Notes: generated by a model not told the origin, from the letters alone. Shown: positions 30,081 to 39,748, counted from the first letter of the stretch. The stretch is 53,864 nt of DNA from Dehalococcoidia bacterium (GCA_003567655.1 PWZA01000132.1:1-53864), one strand, 5' to 3'. A program made the numbers and translations.

Positions 30081-30755
30081 CTAAACGCTCTCTAATGCCA
30101 TCCTGTACTCGCCTGATTGCTCAGGCACAATGATATTACAGGCACTCTGTATCTGTCCAATGCATATCGGATACATAACCAGAGCCGCCAGATTGGCACC
30201 GGGGATGACACTCACAATACACGTAGCCAGCATCAAGCGTCTCGATATCGTGGGTGGCAACCCCCTCAGTCTAATCTGAAAATTTACCCTGTCTACCAAC
30301 CTGAGCCAGAATCTGAATAGCCAGTAAAGATTGAAAAAGGGGATAAAGCTGAATCCTATAGCACGCCTCGCTCCGAAGTCATCATGTTTGATTATTGGTA
30401 GCCTAGAGTGCATCAACCCGAAGTAGATCAGCGTGAACACGCCCAGTGTCAGAATGTGAAGTATGATGACACCATCAGACGAAAACGCAGACATGAGGCT
30501 GTGCTGACTGAATTCACGTCGCTGCCGGTCGGACAGAGTACCCAGGTCAAAGGAGGCATCATAGATGAGTGGCGATGCCGCTTTGCGCCGGCTCTTCTTC
30601 TGTCGGGTGCCACACCTCAAGCATTCTCGTGCAAGCGGCATTATCACAGCATCACAGGTAGCGCAGTTGCCGGGGCTGGTGACGGGACGAGCTCCACAAG
30701 AGAAGCAATCATACAGGCCACCCGCCAGTTCTGTTCCGCACTCCCTGCAAAACAT
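30081..30755 (-). CDS. Double zinc-ribbon membrane protein with DUF4234-like C-terminal domain
   Basis: The N-terminus has CRECGT..CFSCGA and CATCD..CLRCGT (two CxxC...CxxC ribbons). Transmembrane helices follow (ILHILTLGVFTLIYFGLM...). Confidence 0.65.
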   Translation of the reverse strand: MFCRECGTELAGGLYDCFSCGARPVTSPGNCATCDAVIMPLARECLRCGTRQKKSRRKAASPLIYDASFDLGTLSDRQRREFSQHSLMSAFSSDGVIILHILTLGVFTLIYFGLMHSRLPIIKHDDFGARRAIGFSFIPFFNLYWLFRFWLRLVDRVNFQIRLRGLPPTISRRLMLATCIVSVIPGANLAALVMYPICIGQIQSACNIIVPEQSGEYRMALESV

Positions 30756-31018
30756 CGGCTACTTCTTTCCTGCCATCAAGAGTGTTCCCGCAAGGCCATC
30801 ACCTGTAACCAAAGCGACAGGCATATATCATGAGTACATCTCTGCGCTGCCGCTTATCTCGCTCTTGCAATCCCGACAAGCCATTGTACGCATCTGCCTA
30901 TCTATCAAACATATGCAGCACAAAAGCCACAGTGTCCATATCCCTAAAGCACAACCGTAGCACCGTCGAAAACACAGACATAGCTAGCCTGTGGAACGCC
31001 GGATGCTAATCCTGGATT

Positions 31019-31336
31019 CTACTCGAATTCGTTCTTACCCATAGCAACAAACACTATGGACAGGATTCCCAGAATCGCCCAGGGACCGACGAGTGCACAA
31101 ATGCCTCCCGCCAGAGCCAACCCCCAAACTCTTCTCTTCAGCGCATATATGCCGCCTACAATCGCAACTATTCCCAAGAGCACCAGAGGAACACCGAGGC
31201 CTCCTAACCACCCCATGCCAATATCTATCCCCACCAGGCTGCCTGCCACAGTGACAACAACACCCCCTATGGCCTGAATTGCTCCAGCAATAATAGCCAG
31301 TATTCCTGCTGTTGTCGGCTTCCAGGTTCGTTCCAT
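31019..31336 (-). CDS. Small Gly/Ala-rich polytopic membrane protein
   Basis: 105 aa with four predicted helices (GILAIIAGAIQAIGGVVV, LGGLGVPLVLLGIVAIVGGIY, VWGLALAGGICALV, ILGILSIVFVAM). AGGAGG ribosome-binding site upstream. Confidence 0.6.
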   Translation of the reverse strand: MERTWKPTTAGILAIIAGAIQAIGGVVVTVAGSLVGIDIGMGWLGGLGVPLVLLGIVAIVGGIYALKRRVWGLALAGGICALVGPWAILGILSIVFVAMGKNEFE

Positions 31337-31445
31337 TTCTTGATCCTCCTTCTGATTCGTTTGTGCGATGAAATCGCCAGATTCTCAAGACAGCTTCAGA
31401 CAAGGCTATCCGCCGGAAGCGCTTGCCTGTGTAACTCCTCAGGCA

Positions 31446-31592
31446 TTACCAAGGGATGAGTGACGGTATCAAGGCAATACCGATCAAGGACATGATCAAA
31501 CCGATGATCACCGATATCCCCAGGCTAATAAGGAACATACGCCACCACAGCCCCCAGGCCAGTTTCCAGGTTGGCTTAACCTCATTTTCCAT
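31446..31592 (-). CDS. 48-aa hydrophobic micro-protein (not in the ORF track)
   Basis: The reverse strand reads GGAAAGGAGGCTTCTACGG-ATG, then MENEVKPTWKLAWGLWWRMFLISLGISVIIGLIMSLIGIALIPSLIPW, then TAA. It has a strong Shine-Dalgarno site and one or two transmembrane helices. Confidence 0.45.
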   Translation of the reverse strand: MENEVKPTWKLAWGLWWRMFLISLGISVIIGLIMSLIGIALIPSLIPW

Positions 31593-31898
31593 CCGTAGAA
31601 GCCTCCTTTCCTTGTTCTATCTGGGTTCTCGTTAAACCGGACGTCTCTCGCTAATTGGCTCATTATAGGCACAGCCATTTCTTGATGTCAATACAGTCGG
31701 TTGCCACTGGATGATAATGCCCGAACAGGCCTTCGAGGTCTGGTGAGCAGTGAAGAACCGGCGACATGTTCTTCAGTGTCTGAGTATCTCGGAGGGTAGC
31801 TGACGCCGTTTTACTCACTGCAAGTGATGTCTGAGATGGGCTGATGCTGAGCAGATTCCCTGTGATGGGTCAGTCCGGAGGCATATCACCGGCTGCCT

Positions 31899-32231
31899 TC
31901 ACCGGCCCAGCCATTGCCTCAAATATGCTGCCTTCAGGTCGTATCGCTTGGCCGCTGCGGCAAACCCAACTCCCCAACATACGAGGGGTATCCCAAACAA
32001 ACCCGCTGCATCAGACAAGAATGCGAGGATAATACCCCCCACCACGCCAAGGGTTATAGAGACAGATGCCAGGGCAGTATAGGCATCTGCTTTGCGTGTC
32101 ACCCTGTGAATGCTATCGTATAGCTTGAACTCCTGCCATTCGGTATCGCTTCCCACCAGGCTTCGTCCGCATACGGGACAGAATACCTGGTGTTGATCGA
32201 TCTTCTTTCCGCAGTGATGACAGTATGGCAT
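31899..32231 (-). CDS. Zinc-ribbon membrane protein
   Basis: 110 aa. MPYCHHCGKKIDQHQVFCPVCG ribbon, then two transmembrane helices. Confidence 0.6.
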   Translation of the reverse strand: MPYCHHCGKKIDQHQVFCPVCGRSLVGSDTEWQEFKLYDSIHRVTRKADAYTALASVSITLGVVGGIILAFLSDAAGLFGIPLVCWGVGFAAAAKRYDLKAAYLRQWLGR

Positions 32232-32404
32232 GTCCGTGTCCCCCCGCCTTTATCCGGTAGAGAACATTTTACGAAAATACCGACCGGAATTCAATACCTT
32301 ATGCTACGGTCAGCACCGAGATGTTGCTGGGCTGCAAGTCACATTTCTTGGCGGCGAGAAAAAAGACAAACAGCATGTCAATCACCGGGTGAAGCCGGAT
32401 GACA

Positions 32405-33748
32405 CTAAAAGTCTTTGACCATATAGGCACCCGCCGGAGAAAAACCGAGCGAGCGGTAATATTCCCTGGCGCCTACGCCGCTAAGCACCGTCAGTTGATC
32501 AGCCGCGCACTCGTCTCTGGCGATCCTCTCCGCCTCACAGAGCAGCGTTTCGCCAAAGCCGTGATGCTGAGCCGCCCGCTCCTCCCTGCCGCCCAGGGGT
32601 ACCTCCGGACCGTACACGTGCAGTTCCCTTATCACAACCCTCTGCTCACCGATTCGTAGTCTGAGCAACCCGAAAAGCGTCTCCCGCTCATCCTCATAGG
32701 AGAGAAAGACCTCCCTGCCTTCAGAAGCATCATAGTCCAGTCGAGTCAGGCATGGCTCTTCAAAACTCCAGCCGTCCCTTAGACGATGTCCGTATTCACG
32801 ACATCTAATGCATCTGCACCCGAGACCCGACTGCTCCATCTTCATCCTGATAGTTTGCCTTAGCCCCAGATCCTTGTTCCCGGCTATGATGAACCTGGTG
32901 GGAATATCCCGCATCAACCTGGAAACCCTGACATACCCGGGAATCAAAGACTTGATGTTCACCAGCAGATTAACCATCTCCTCATCATCGTAGGGGCGAT
33001 AACGGTCATCCAGATACCACCTCTCCAGCTCGCTTCCGGCAACTACCAGAGTAGGATAGAGCTTAAGCCCATCCGGCCGAAAGCGCTCGTCATCGAATAG
33101 TCTCCGCGATAGCTCCAGATCGCGTTCAGGCGTCGACCCCGGCAGTCCGGGCATCCAGTGGTAGTGCACCTTGAAGCCGCAATCTCTCAACAGCCTGGTG
33201 GCCGACATGACCTCCTCTGTGCCGTGTCCCCTCTTCGTTATGCGGTGTACTTCATCATCGAGGGTCTGTACTCCGAGTTCTACCCTGGTCACGCCGAACT
33301 CGAGCATAGCCCTGATCTCATCTTCTCCGCAGAAGTCAGGCCTGGTCTCGATGCACAGTCCTACGCAGCGATGCGCCGCCTGCTCATTTGTTCTCTTCGC
33401 CTCGTCTAGAGTAGACGAGGTAGAGCCGTTCAGAGCATCGTAGCAATCTTTAACGAACCGGTGCTGATAGTCGGCGGGATATGCCAGAAAAGTGCCCCCC
33501 ATGATGATGAGTTCTATCTTGTCCCGGGCGTGCCCCATATCGCCCAGTGCCCTGAGCCTGATCTCCACCTGTTTTCGAGCATCAAAACCGCAACTCCGGG
33601 CACGCAAAACCGCCGGAGACTCCAGTGTATAGCTCTTAGGGGCGCCAGGAGACCCTGGGCAGTAGACACAATTTCCGGGACATGGGTACGGCTCGGCCAT
33701 AACGGCCACCGGCGTTACGCCTGATATAGTTCGGGACGCCTTCTTCAT
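32405..33748 (-). CDS. elp3: Elp3-family radical SAM / GNAT protein (tRNA U34 carboxymethylation-type enzyme)
   Basis: 447 aa. N-terminal AEPYPCPGNCVYCPG cluster motif, Elp3-like core (IELIIMGGTF, CIETRPDFC, RVELGVQTLDD, KVHYHWMPGLPG). C-terminal GNAT acetyl-CoA motif QHHGFGETLLCEAERIA. Confidence 0.85.
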   Translation of the reverse strand: MKKASRTISGVTPVAVMAEPYPCPGNCVYCPGSPGAPKSYTLESPAVLRARSCGFDARKQVEIRLRALGDMGHARDKIELIIMGGTFLAYPADYQHRFVKDCYDALNGSTSSTLDEAKRTNEQAAHRCVGLCIETRPDFCGEDEIRAMLEFGVTRVELGVQTLDDEVHRITKRGHGTEEVMSATRLLRDCGFKVHYHWMPGLPGSTPERDLELSRRLFDDERFRPDGLKLYPTLVVAGSELERWYLDDRYRPYDDEEMVNLLVNIKSLIPGYVRVSRLMRDIPTRFIIAGNKDLGLRQTIRMKMEQSGLGCRCIRCREYGHRLRDGWSFEEPCLTRLDYDASEGREVFLSYEDERETLFGLLRLRIGEQRVVIRELHVYGPEVPLGGREERAAQHHGFGETLLCEAERIARDECAADQLTVLSGVGAREYYRSLGFSPAGAYMVKDF

Positions 33749-33996
33749 ATACTGCCTTCAGATGAACTCAAACGCACTATTTGAACGGGTTGATTCGTGA
33801 GTTCTTCGCTGTCATGTCTGAAGAGAAGGAGCCTTCATCATAGCAGGCTCCAGGCCCCCACATCCCTACATCGGTTTGGTGAAGGAACGAGTCTATGATG
33901 GCGCTCATTTCATGCTACTGTGCGGGCACTGCCGTCTAGTGACCGCCAACCCTTCACTGCCAGCCATGATATGATAGAGTTTAACAAAGTCTAGCT

Positions 33997-34662
33997 ATGA
34001 CGACAAACCTTGATGCATTCGACCAGATCGCGGAGAGTTGGTATAGGGTCAGGCACTGGCCCCTGCTCCGGGCAGAGCTCGAGCAGGTGGCGGCAAAGTG
34101 GAACACCGGCAGGCTGATCAACGTCGGCTGCGCTCATGGAGCCGACTTCCTGCCCTTTCGGCAGGGGTTCCAGCTCTGGGGAGTGGACCGATCACCCGCT
34201 ATGCTGGCGCAAGGCGTGAGATACGCGGCCAAGCATCAGCTTTATGTCAACCTCACGGTTGCCGATGCCCTGTCCCTCCCCTTTCCCGATCGGACATTCG
34301 ACTGGGCTATATCCGTTGCCACCTACCACCATATTAGAGGTGATGAGCCAAGATTGAAGGCATTCCGTGAACTCAGGCGCGTGGTGAAGCCAGGGGGAGA
34401 GGCCTTTCTGACCGTATGGAACCATGGACAGCCGCGATTCTGGTTCAGGTCCAGGGAGCAGCAGGTGCCATGGAGAGTGGGACAGAAGACGGTCTACCGC
34501 TACTATCACCTGTTCTCATATAGAGAGATCAGAAAGCTCCTGCTGGAGTCCGGCTGGGAGATCATCAGTATGCTTCCGGAGGCATCGCATCATTCTCCCG
34601 TTAAGCGCTTCTCTCGTAACATATGCGTTCTGGTCAAAAACGAGGCCGTGTTCTCCTCGTAG
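33997..34662 (+). CDS. Class I SAM-dependent methyltransferase resembling Trm9/ALKBH8-type tRNA methyltransferases
   Basis: FDQIAESWYRVRHWP, INVGCAHGAD, ADALSLPFPDRTFDWAISVATYHHI, VKPGGEAFLTVWN and QQVPW...YRYYHLFSYREI. These parallel the yeast Trm9 blocks (EKIAPHFSQTRYKPWP, DVGCGNGKY, FDFAISIAVVHH, ALIYCWA, VPW, RYYHLY). Confidence 0.65.
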   Translation: MTTNLDAFDQIAESWYRVRHWPLLRAELEQVAAKWNTGRLINVGCAHGADFLPFRQGFQLWGVDRSPAMLAQGVRYAAKHQLYVNLTVADALSLPFPDRTFDWAISVATYHHIRGDEPRLKAFRELRRVVKPGGEAFLTVWNHGQPRFWFRSREQQVPWRVGQKTVYRYYHLFSYREIRKLLLESGWEIISMLPEASHHSPVKRFSRNICVLVKNEAVFSS

Positions 34663-34779
34663 AAGCTCCATGAACGTTACGTGGCGGTATCGGTGGGGTA
34701 GCACATAGTCGGGGCTGCCCGGGCTAGCCGGAGGGCTGAAACCTCCAACCCGGGAGAGGCGATCACCGCGGTTAACCTG

Positions 34780-37700
34780 TCATTGCGGCAGATTGTGTCC
34801 CGTCTCGACCTTCTGGGGAAGCCCGGCCTCTACAATGCCGATGAAGACCTGCACCAGCTTCGGATCGAACTGTGAGCCCGCACATCGCCGCAACTCGTCC
34901 ATCACCCTGTCGTGGGGCAGAGCAGGTCGATAGGGACGCGCGGATGTCATGGCCTCAAAAGCATCGGCTATGGCCAGGATGCGTGCCTCTATTGAGATCT
35001 CCTCGCCCTTCAGTCCTTCGGGATAACCTCCACCATCCCACCTCTCGTGGTGGTACAGTATGCTGCTTACACAGGGCACCAGGTGCGGCACATTGCTGAC
35101 TATGTTGGCACCCAGTCTGGGGTGAGACTTGATGGCATCCCAATCGTCATCGGTGAGTTTGCCCTTTTTGTTGAGCACCTTGTCCGGCACCCCGATCTTC
35201 CCTATATCATGAAGGAGAGCAGCCGTGCTCACCCTTGACACCTCGTCGGGCGTAAGCCCAAACGCTTCGGCCAGAGCCACGGCATAGGTGTTGACTCTCC
35301 TGGAATGCCCGTAAGTATATGGGTCTCTAGCCTCCACCGTTGATACCAGAGCATAGATGGCGCTCAGACCATTGCGCCTGGCATAGACACCGGCGTTGTC
35401 CAGCGGCTCGGACAGTATCTTGGAGGATAGATACACCCGATTGCCTCCCGTCCCCTTGGCGAAATAGAGTGCGGTGTCAACTACGGTAACAAGCTCTCCC
35501 GGTATTACCCCGTCTGAGGGATAGCTGGCCAGGCCTATACTGCATGTTACCGCGATCTCCCTCTTATGCATCTCTATGGCAATCGCCTCGCGAACCCGCT
35601 CGGCAACCACCTTGCCGTCGTGCATGTTCGTGCCGGGCAGTATCACGATGAACTCATCGCCTCCATATCGGAACACCAGATCGGCATTCCTGACCGAGTA
35701 TGTGATGATCTTTGCTATCTCACCGAGTAACGTATCCCCCGACGGATGCCCGTATATATCATTGTACGTCTTGAAGCCATCCAGGTCGATAAGGATTATG
35801 GAGAAGACATCACCCTGGCGAGCATGTCGCCCTAGCTCCTCCTTCAGCCGTTCCTCGAAGTGACGCCGGTTAAACAGGCCTGTAAGCTCATCGACACGGG
35901 CCCTCTGTTCGGCACGAGCATACAACTGGGAGTTCTCGATAGGAGTAGCAATCTGCAGAGCCACCTGCTCCAGAAGTCTAATCTGCTTGGCACTGAAGGC
36001 ATCGGGCTGCCGGCTGGCAACAACCAGACTGCCTATGCTCTGCTCCTTTATCATCAGAGGTAGATAGACGATGGAACGAACTCCGTGCCTGAGATGGTGA
36101 TCCCCGGTTGTGAATCGATGGTGTTTTGTGAGATCAGGCTCGTAAAGAGATCGTTTTTCGCGACACACCCACGCAGTCCCCGTTCCCTCCAGGGACAGTC
36201 TTTCATCGCTCTGCCATGGTGAACCGATATTGGTGGACAGAGCAAGAATCCGAGCTTCATCTCCATCGACAAGGGCGATAGTAGCCCAGTCGAAACTGAC
36301 CATGGTTCTCAACTCCTGAACGAAACCCTCGAATATCAAGTCCAGGCTCATGCTCGATGTCACGACTGAGGTCAACCTGTTAAGCAGGGTTATCTCCTTC
36401 TCCTGCTCCTGCAACTGTTCATGCACATACTCCTTTTCAAGGCTGGCTGCTATCTGGTTAGTTATAGACTCAAGAAGGTGGATGTCCTCAACTGTGTACA
36501 TCCTACCGTCCCGCCGCTCACTGATCACCAGTATGGCTGCCAGTTCATCCTGGTTGACCAGAGGGATGAATATGCTGGCCTCCGCAGTGCGTATACTCTC
36601 TTCCTCGTCACGCCATATCGATTGGAATTCCGGCGAGATGGCCAGAGTGCGGGCAGGCAGCAGCGCCTTCTCCCTCCGCAGCCAGATCGTTATAGGACTA
36701 TCATTATTCAGCTTCAACTCTTTCATGGGGTTGTCGTCGATAGGAGGATATACGAAACTGGCAACGAAAGCCTTCTCTGCAACTTCGGGTAGCAGCAGGC
36801 AGGCTCTGCGGCAGTCAACAGATTGAGCGAGGAGAGATGTGAAATCGTCTCCGAACTGTTTCATAGTAGGGACACTGTGGATAGTGGAGACAAACTGGTA
36901 TAGCTGTCGCCTGTAGGCATACTTCTCCCCGATGAAGGCCTCCTCCATCCTGGTACGCAGGCGGGCACCCACCGTATGTACTGCCGCGAGGATAAACGGG
37001 ATTCCCAGGCCTATGGCTGCTATCACAAAGCGCAACGCCTCTGCCTCGGATCGAATATCGATGCCCCTGAGATCATAGATCAGCCGGGATACCAGTACTA
37101 CTGCGCCGATGCCTGTACCGTAAAGCACAAGGTTGATGAACGCCTGACGGAAGATCACTCTTACGTCGAGAAGCCTGTATGCCACCACAGCATACGTTAG
37201 TGTGCAGGCCACGATGAGGTTGCCTGCGTGAGCCACAGGGTATTCTGCTGCTCCAGGGAGGATGTTCGCCACAAGAAAAGCAGCCAGAGCGGAGATGGCC
37301 ACAAGCAGGTACACGACCTGATTGCGCTCTGCCGGGTCCGCCGACAGGCTCCGTTTCCTGACCAGTGCCCGAATATCTCTTGCACCTACGGTAGAAAGGA
37401 AGGCCAGGGCTAATACAGTAATCCATGGACCGTAGACAAGCGGATCAACCTTCTCTGGAATCGCCTCCCGCACCGCGAGGATGATCGCGGCTATGACGAA
37501 CAGATAGGAGTAAGGCACCCTGACGCCCTTCTGGCGGTAGAAGGAGGAAACGAAGAGATGGAACTGGACAAGCATCCAGATGAAGATGCAGAGTACGATC
37601 CTGATCTCCAGTACCCTGTCCAAACCGAGCAGGCCCTCCCTGCTAAGAAAAGTACTCAGGCTCCAGAGGAGCGCCGAGATCAGGAACACAAAGAAGAGCC

Positions 37701-37797
37701 TGTGCCTTTGCTGCCATGGCCGGCTGGACAGCAGGATCACAAACAATGGCACGTACGCGACCGCCGCGATCAGAGGAACCAGTGCATCAGCACTCAT
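34780..37797 (-). CDS. Membrane sensor protein: polytopic N-terminal domain, GAF domains, GGDEF diguanylate cyclase and HD-GYP phosphodiesterase
   Basis: 1005 aa with about 7-9 N-terminal transmembrane helices. GGDEF domain (LTGLFNRRHF, RNADLVFRYGGDEFIVIL, with an RxxD I-site 5 residues upstream). HD-GYP domain (LLHDIGKIGVP, HHERWDGGGYPEGL). Confidence 0.9.
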   Translation of the reverse strand: MSADALVPLIAAVAYVPLFVILLSSRPWQQRHRLFFVFLISALLWSLSTFLSREGLLGLDRVLEIRIVLCIFIWMLVQFHLFVSSFYRQKGVRVPYSYLFVIAAIILAVREAIPEKVDPLVYGPWITVLALAFLSTVGARDIRALVRKRSLSADPAERNQVVYLLVAISALAAFLVANILPGAAEYPVAHAGNLIVACTLTYAVVAYRLLDVRVIFRQAFINLVLYGTGIGAVVLVSRLIYDLRGIDIRSEAEALRFVIAAIGLGIPFILAAVHTVGARLRTRMEEAFIGEKYAYRRQLYQFVSTIHSVPTMKQFGDDFTSLLAQSVDCRRACLLLPEVAEKAFVASFVYPPIDDNPMKELKLNNDSPITIWLRREKALLPARTLAISPEFQSIWRDEEESIRTAEASIFIPLVNQDELAAILVISERRDGRMYTVEDIHLLESITNQIAASLEKEYVHEQLQEQEKEITLLNRLTSVVTSSMSLDLIFEGFVQELRTMVSFDWATIALVDGDEARILALSTNIGSPWQSDERLSLEGTGTAWVCREKRSLYEPDLTKHHRFTTGDHHLRHGVRSIVYLPLMIKEQSIGSLVVASRQPDAFSAKQIRLLEQVALQIATPIENSQLYARAEQRARVDELTGLFNRRHFEERLKEELGRHARQGDVFSIILIDLDGFKTYNDIYGHPSGDTLLGEIAKIITYSVRNADLVFRYGGDEFIVILPGTNMHDGKVVAERVREAIAIEMHKREIAVTCSIGLASYPSDGVIPGELVTVVDTALYFAKGTGGNRVYLSSKILSEPLDNAGVYARRNGLSAIYALVSTVEARDPYTYGHSRRVNTYAVALAEAFGLTPDEVSRVSTAALLHDIGKIGVPDKVLNKKGKLTDDDWDAIKSHPRLGANIVSNVPHLVPCVSSILYHHERWDGGGYPEGLKGEEISIEARILAIADAFEAMTSARPYRPALPHDRVMDELRRCAGSQFDPKLVQVFIGIVEAGLPQKVETGHNLPQ

Positions 37798-38074
37798 ATT
37801 CTACTCCTGTAGCCCGAACCTATTATCAACTCAAATGTGGAAACTGTCAAGAAGGACTTTGGTAATCCCCCGGAAGTACTGGTCGGTCTTACCTACATGC
37901 ATAGCAATCGACTATGACACATAATCACCAATCTGAATTGTCCTGCCCATATGTGACTGTAATCGCCTGCAACATGTACTACATGAGTTCTGTAGATGCG
38001 AGAGAGGCGAGGTCTGCACCTCGCCTCTCTCGTTTTCGTGAGGTAGCGATAGGCATATGCGCGACGCGCAGAAG

Positions 38075-39748
38075 CTATTGAGCACTCACTCGTTCGCCGT
38101 CAACCATCGGAGTGGCCTCCACCGCCACACTTGGCGCTCTGAGCAGGGCAAGTGCTTCATCCGTAGGGTTGATATGCGATCGGTATGTCTGACCTGTCTC
38201 AAACCTGTCAGCACGATGCTGAGCGGCATAGCTGGCAAAAGCTCCCTGCGGAAGTAGACTGACCTCCACAGGCCTCAGGTCAAGCACACCCTCCATATCT
38301 CCCATCAGGTTGTAGAAGTTACAGCGATACCGCTTATCGAGCTTCCGAAATTGCTCACGCGTCGCAGCGGCCACGCTCTCCTCGCTTGCAATGTAGTCTC
38401 CTCTCAACTCAAGGTAGACATGTAGTACAGGCTTATTGTCCACGATCTCTTTGCGGGCCACCCAATCCACATATGGTATGCCTGTGTTCTCAATGGCCTC
38501 CCAGATGGTTCGCTGTGTAAGCCGCCCCAGGCTTGCCACATCCACCAGGTCATCAACCCGCTTGTGGAATACCATCTGTGGAATATCGATGTTCAGTTTA
38601 CTGTTTCGCAGCGAGCTTATCCTCACCATGTCACCCAGCCTGTACCGGGTCATTATCCCGCCGTGAAAGTTAGTGATCACTGGCTCGTATATGCCACCTT
38701 CTCTCAGCTCATCCATCAATACTGTACGGGGCTGGTACTCAGGATCCAGCTGGGACTTAAACCACTCTCTCTCTGTTATGAACTCAAAGAAGTTCAGATT
38801 AGGTATGAAAGTCAGGCCCTCATAGTCCCATGTCTGCGTGGCATACAATCCGCCCTCTGTTCCGCCGTATACCTCTAGAGGCGTCCTTCCCCACAGTTCC
38901 TCCACCTTATCCCGGAACAGTGCACTATCTACCCCTCCACCCACGATCACCTTGACCGACCACAGATCTCTGGGTAGCATCGAGCGGCGTGCCATCTTGC
39001 TCCTGACGAGCGCCCTGCTTATGCGGGCCAGTGCCTTAGGATGAGAGAGCAGGTAGCTCCTGTCTACCTTAATGTGCCCCTGCCTGAACATCTCGCCGAT
39101 ATAGACCAGGATAGATGGCAAACCACCGAGAGCATCGAGCCCCTGAGTCAAGGCCTCCCCGAACCCTGCCTCCATCTTCTCCTGAAATGTCATACCGCCC
39201 ATACTGAAGTTTGAAGGCAGGAAGTCTACCCCCAGCGCCTCCTGCATCAGATGTCCCACAACCCCTGAACCATAGTACCTGGAGCTCATGGTGGCCAGGG
39301 TCTTCAGATGTTCCTTGGCCGGAAAGCCACCCTGGGAGTCGCAGGAGGCGAGCAGTCCGACGCCACCGGCCACGCGTTCAAATTCATTGAGGAATCGCTG
39401 CGGCAGAGGTACCCACTTGAAGTTATACTCACCTGCTCTTCCCACGGTATGAACCCACATCGCAGGTTTGGCCGGCAACCAGTCTTCGCTTCTGTCGGTG
39501 AGTTCAGGCAGATAATCCTCGTAGCTTGTCAGAGGCACCTGCCTGCGAAACTCCTCCACAGATTCGGGCATGGCACCCCGCATCACCCTTCTCCCCAACT
39601 CGCAGTCCTTCAGCAGTTCGATCTGCTCAAGGAGCAGCCGCTTCTGGATGATCATAAACTCCTCAAGCCTGAGGTCCATGAAGCCGCAACACATCCTCCA
39701 TAGTTCCTCTTTCTTCCCCTCCCGCATCAGGTCTATCGGCCTCGTCAT
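38075..39748 (-). CDS. GH3-like (adenylate-forming, auxin-responsive-promoter family) protein
   Basis: The N-terminal region FMIIQKRLLLEQIELLKDCELGRRV..EEFRRQVPLTSYEDYLPEL resembles bacterial GH3/PF03321 proteins, and the size (557 aa) fits. Start at ATG 39748 behind GGAGG. Confidence 0.5.
   Translation of the reverse strand: MTRPIDLMREGKKEELWRMCCGFMDLRLEEFMIIQKRLLLEQIELLKDCELGRRVMRGAMPESVEEFRRQVPLTSYEDYLPELTDRSEDWLPAKPAMWVHTVGRAGEYNFKWVPLPQRFLNEFERVAGGVGLLASCDSQGGFPAKEHLKTLATMSSRYYGSGVVGHLMQEALGVDFLPSNFSMGGMTFQEKMEAGFGEALTQGLDALGGLPSILVYIGEMFRQGHIKVDRSYLLSHPKALARISRALVRSKMARRSMLPRDLWSVKVIVGGGVDSALFRDKVEELWGRTPLEVYGGTEGGLYATQTWDYEGLTFIPNLNFFEFITEREWFKSQLDPEYQPRTVLMDELREGGIYEPVITNFHGGIMTRYRLGDMVRISSLRNSKLNIDIPQMVFHKRVDDLVDVASLGRLTQRTIWEAIENTGIPYVDWVARKEIVDNKPVLHVYLELRGDYIASEESVAAATREQFRKLDKRYRCNFYNLMGDMEGVLDLRPVEVSLLPQGAFASYAAQHRADRFETGQTYRSHINPTDEALALLRAPSVAVEATPMVDGERVSAQ

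Noticed and set aside
34718-34754. The inverted repeat CCCGGG...GGAGG-gctgaaa-CCTCC...CCCGGG between the convergent Trm9-like and GGDEF genes, as a bidirectional intrinsic terminator.
   Set aside because: The stem is plausible, but no U-tract follows on either strand, so I do not call it a terminator with confidence.
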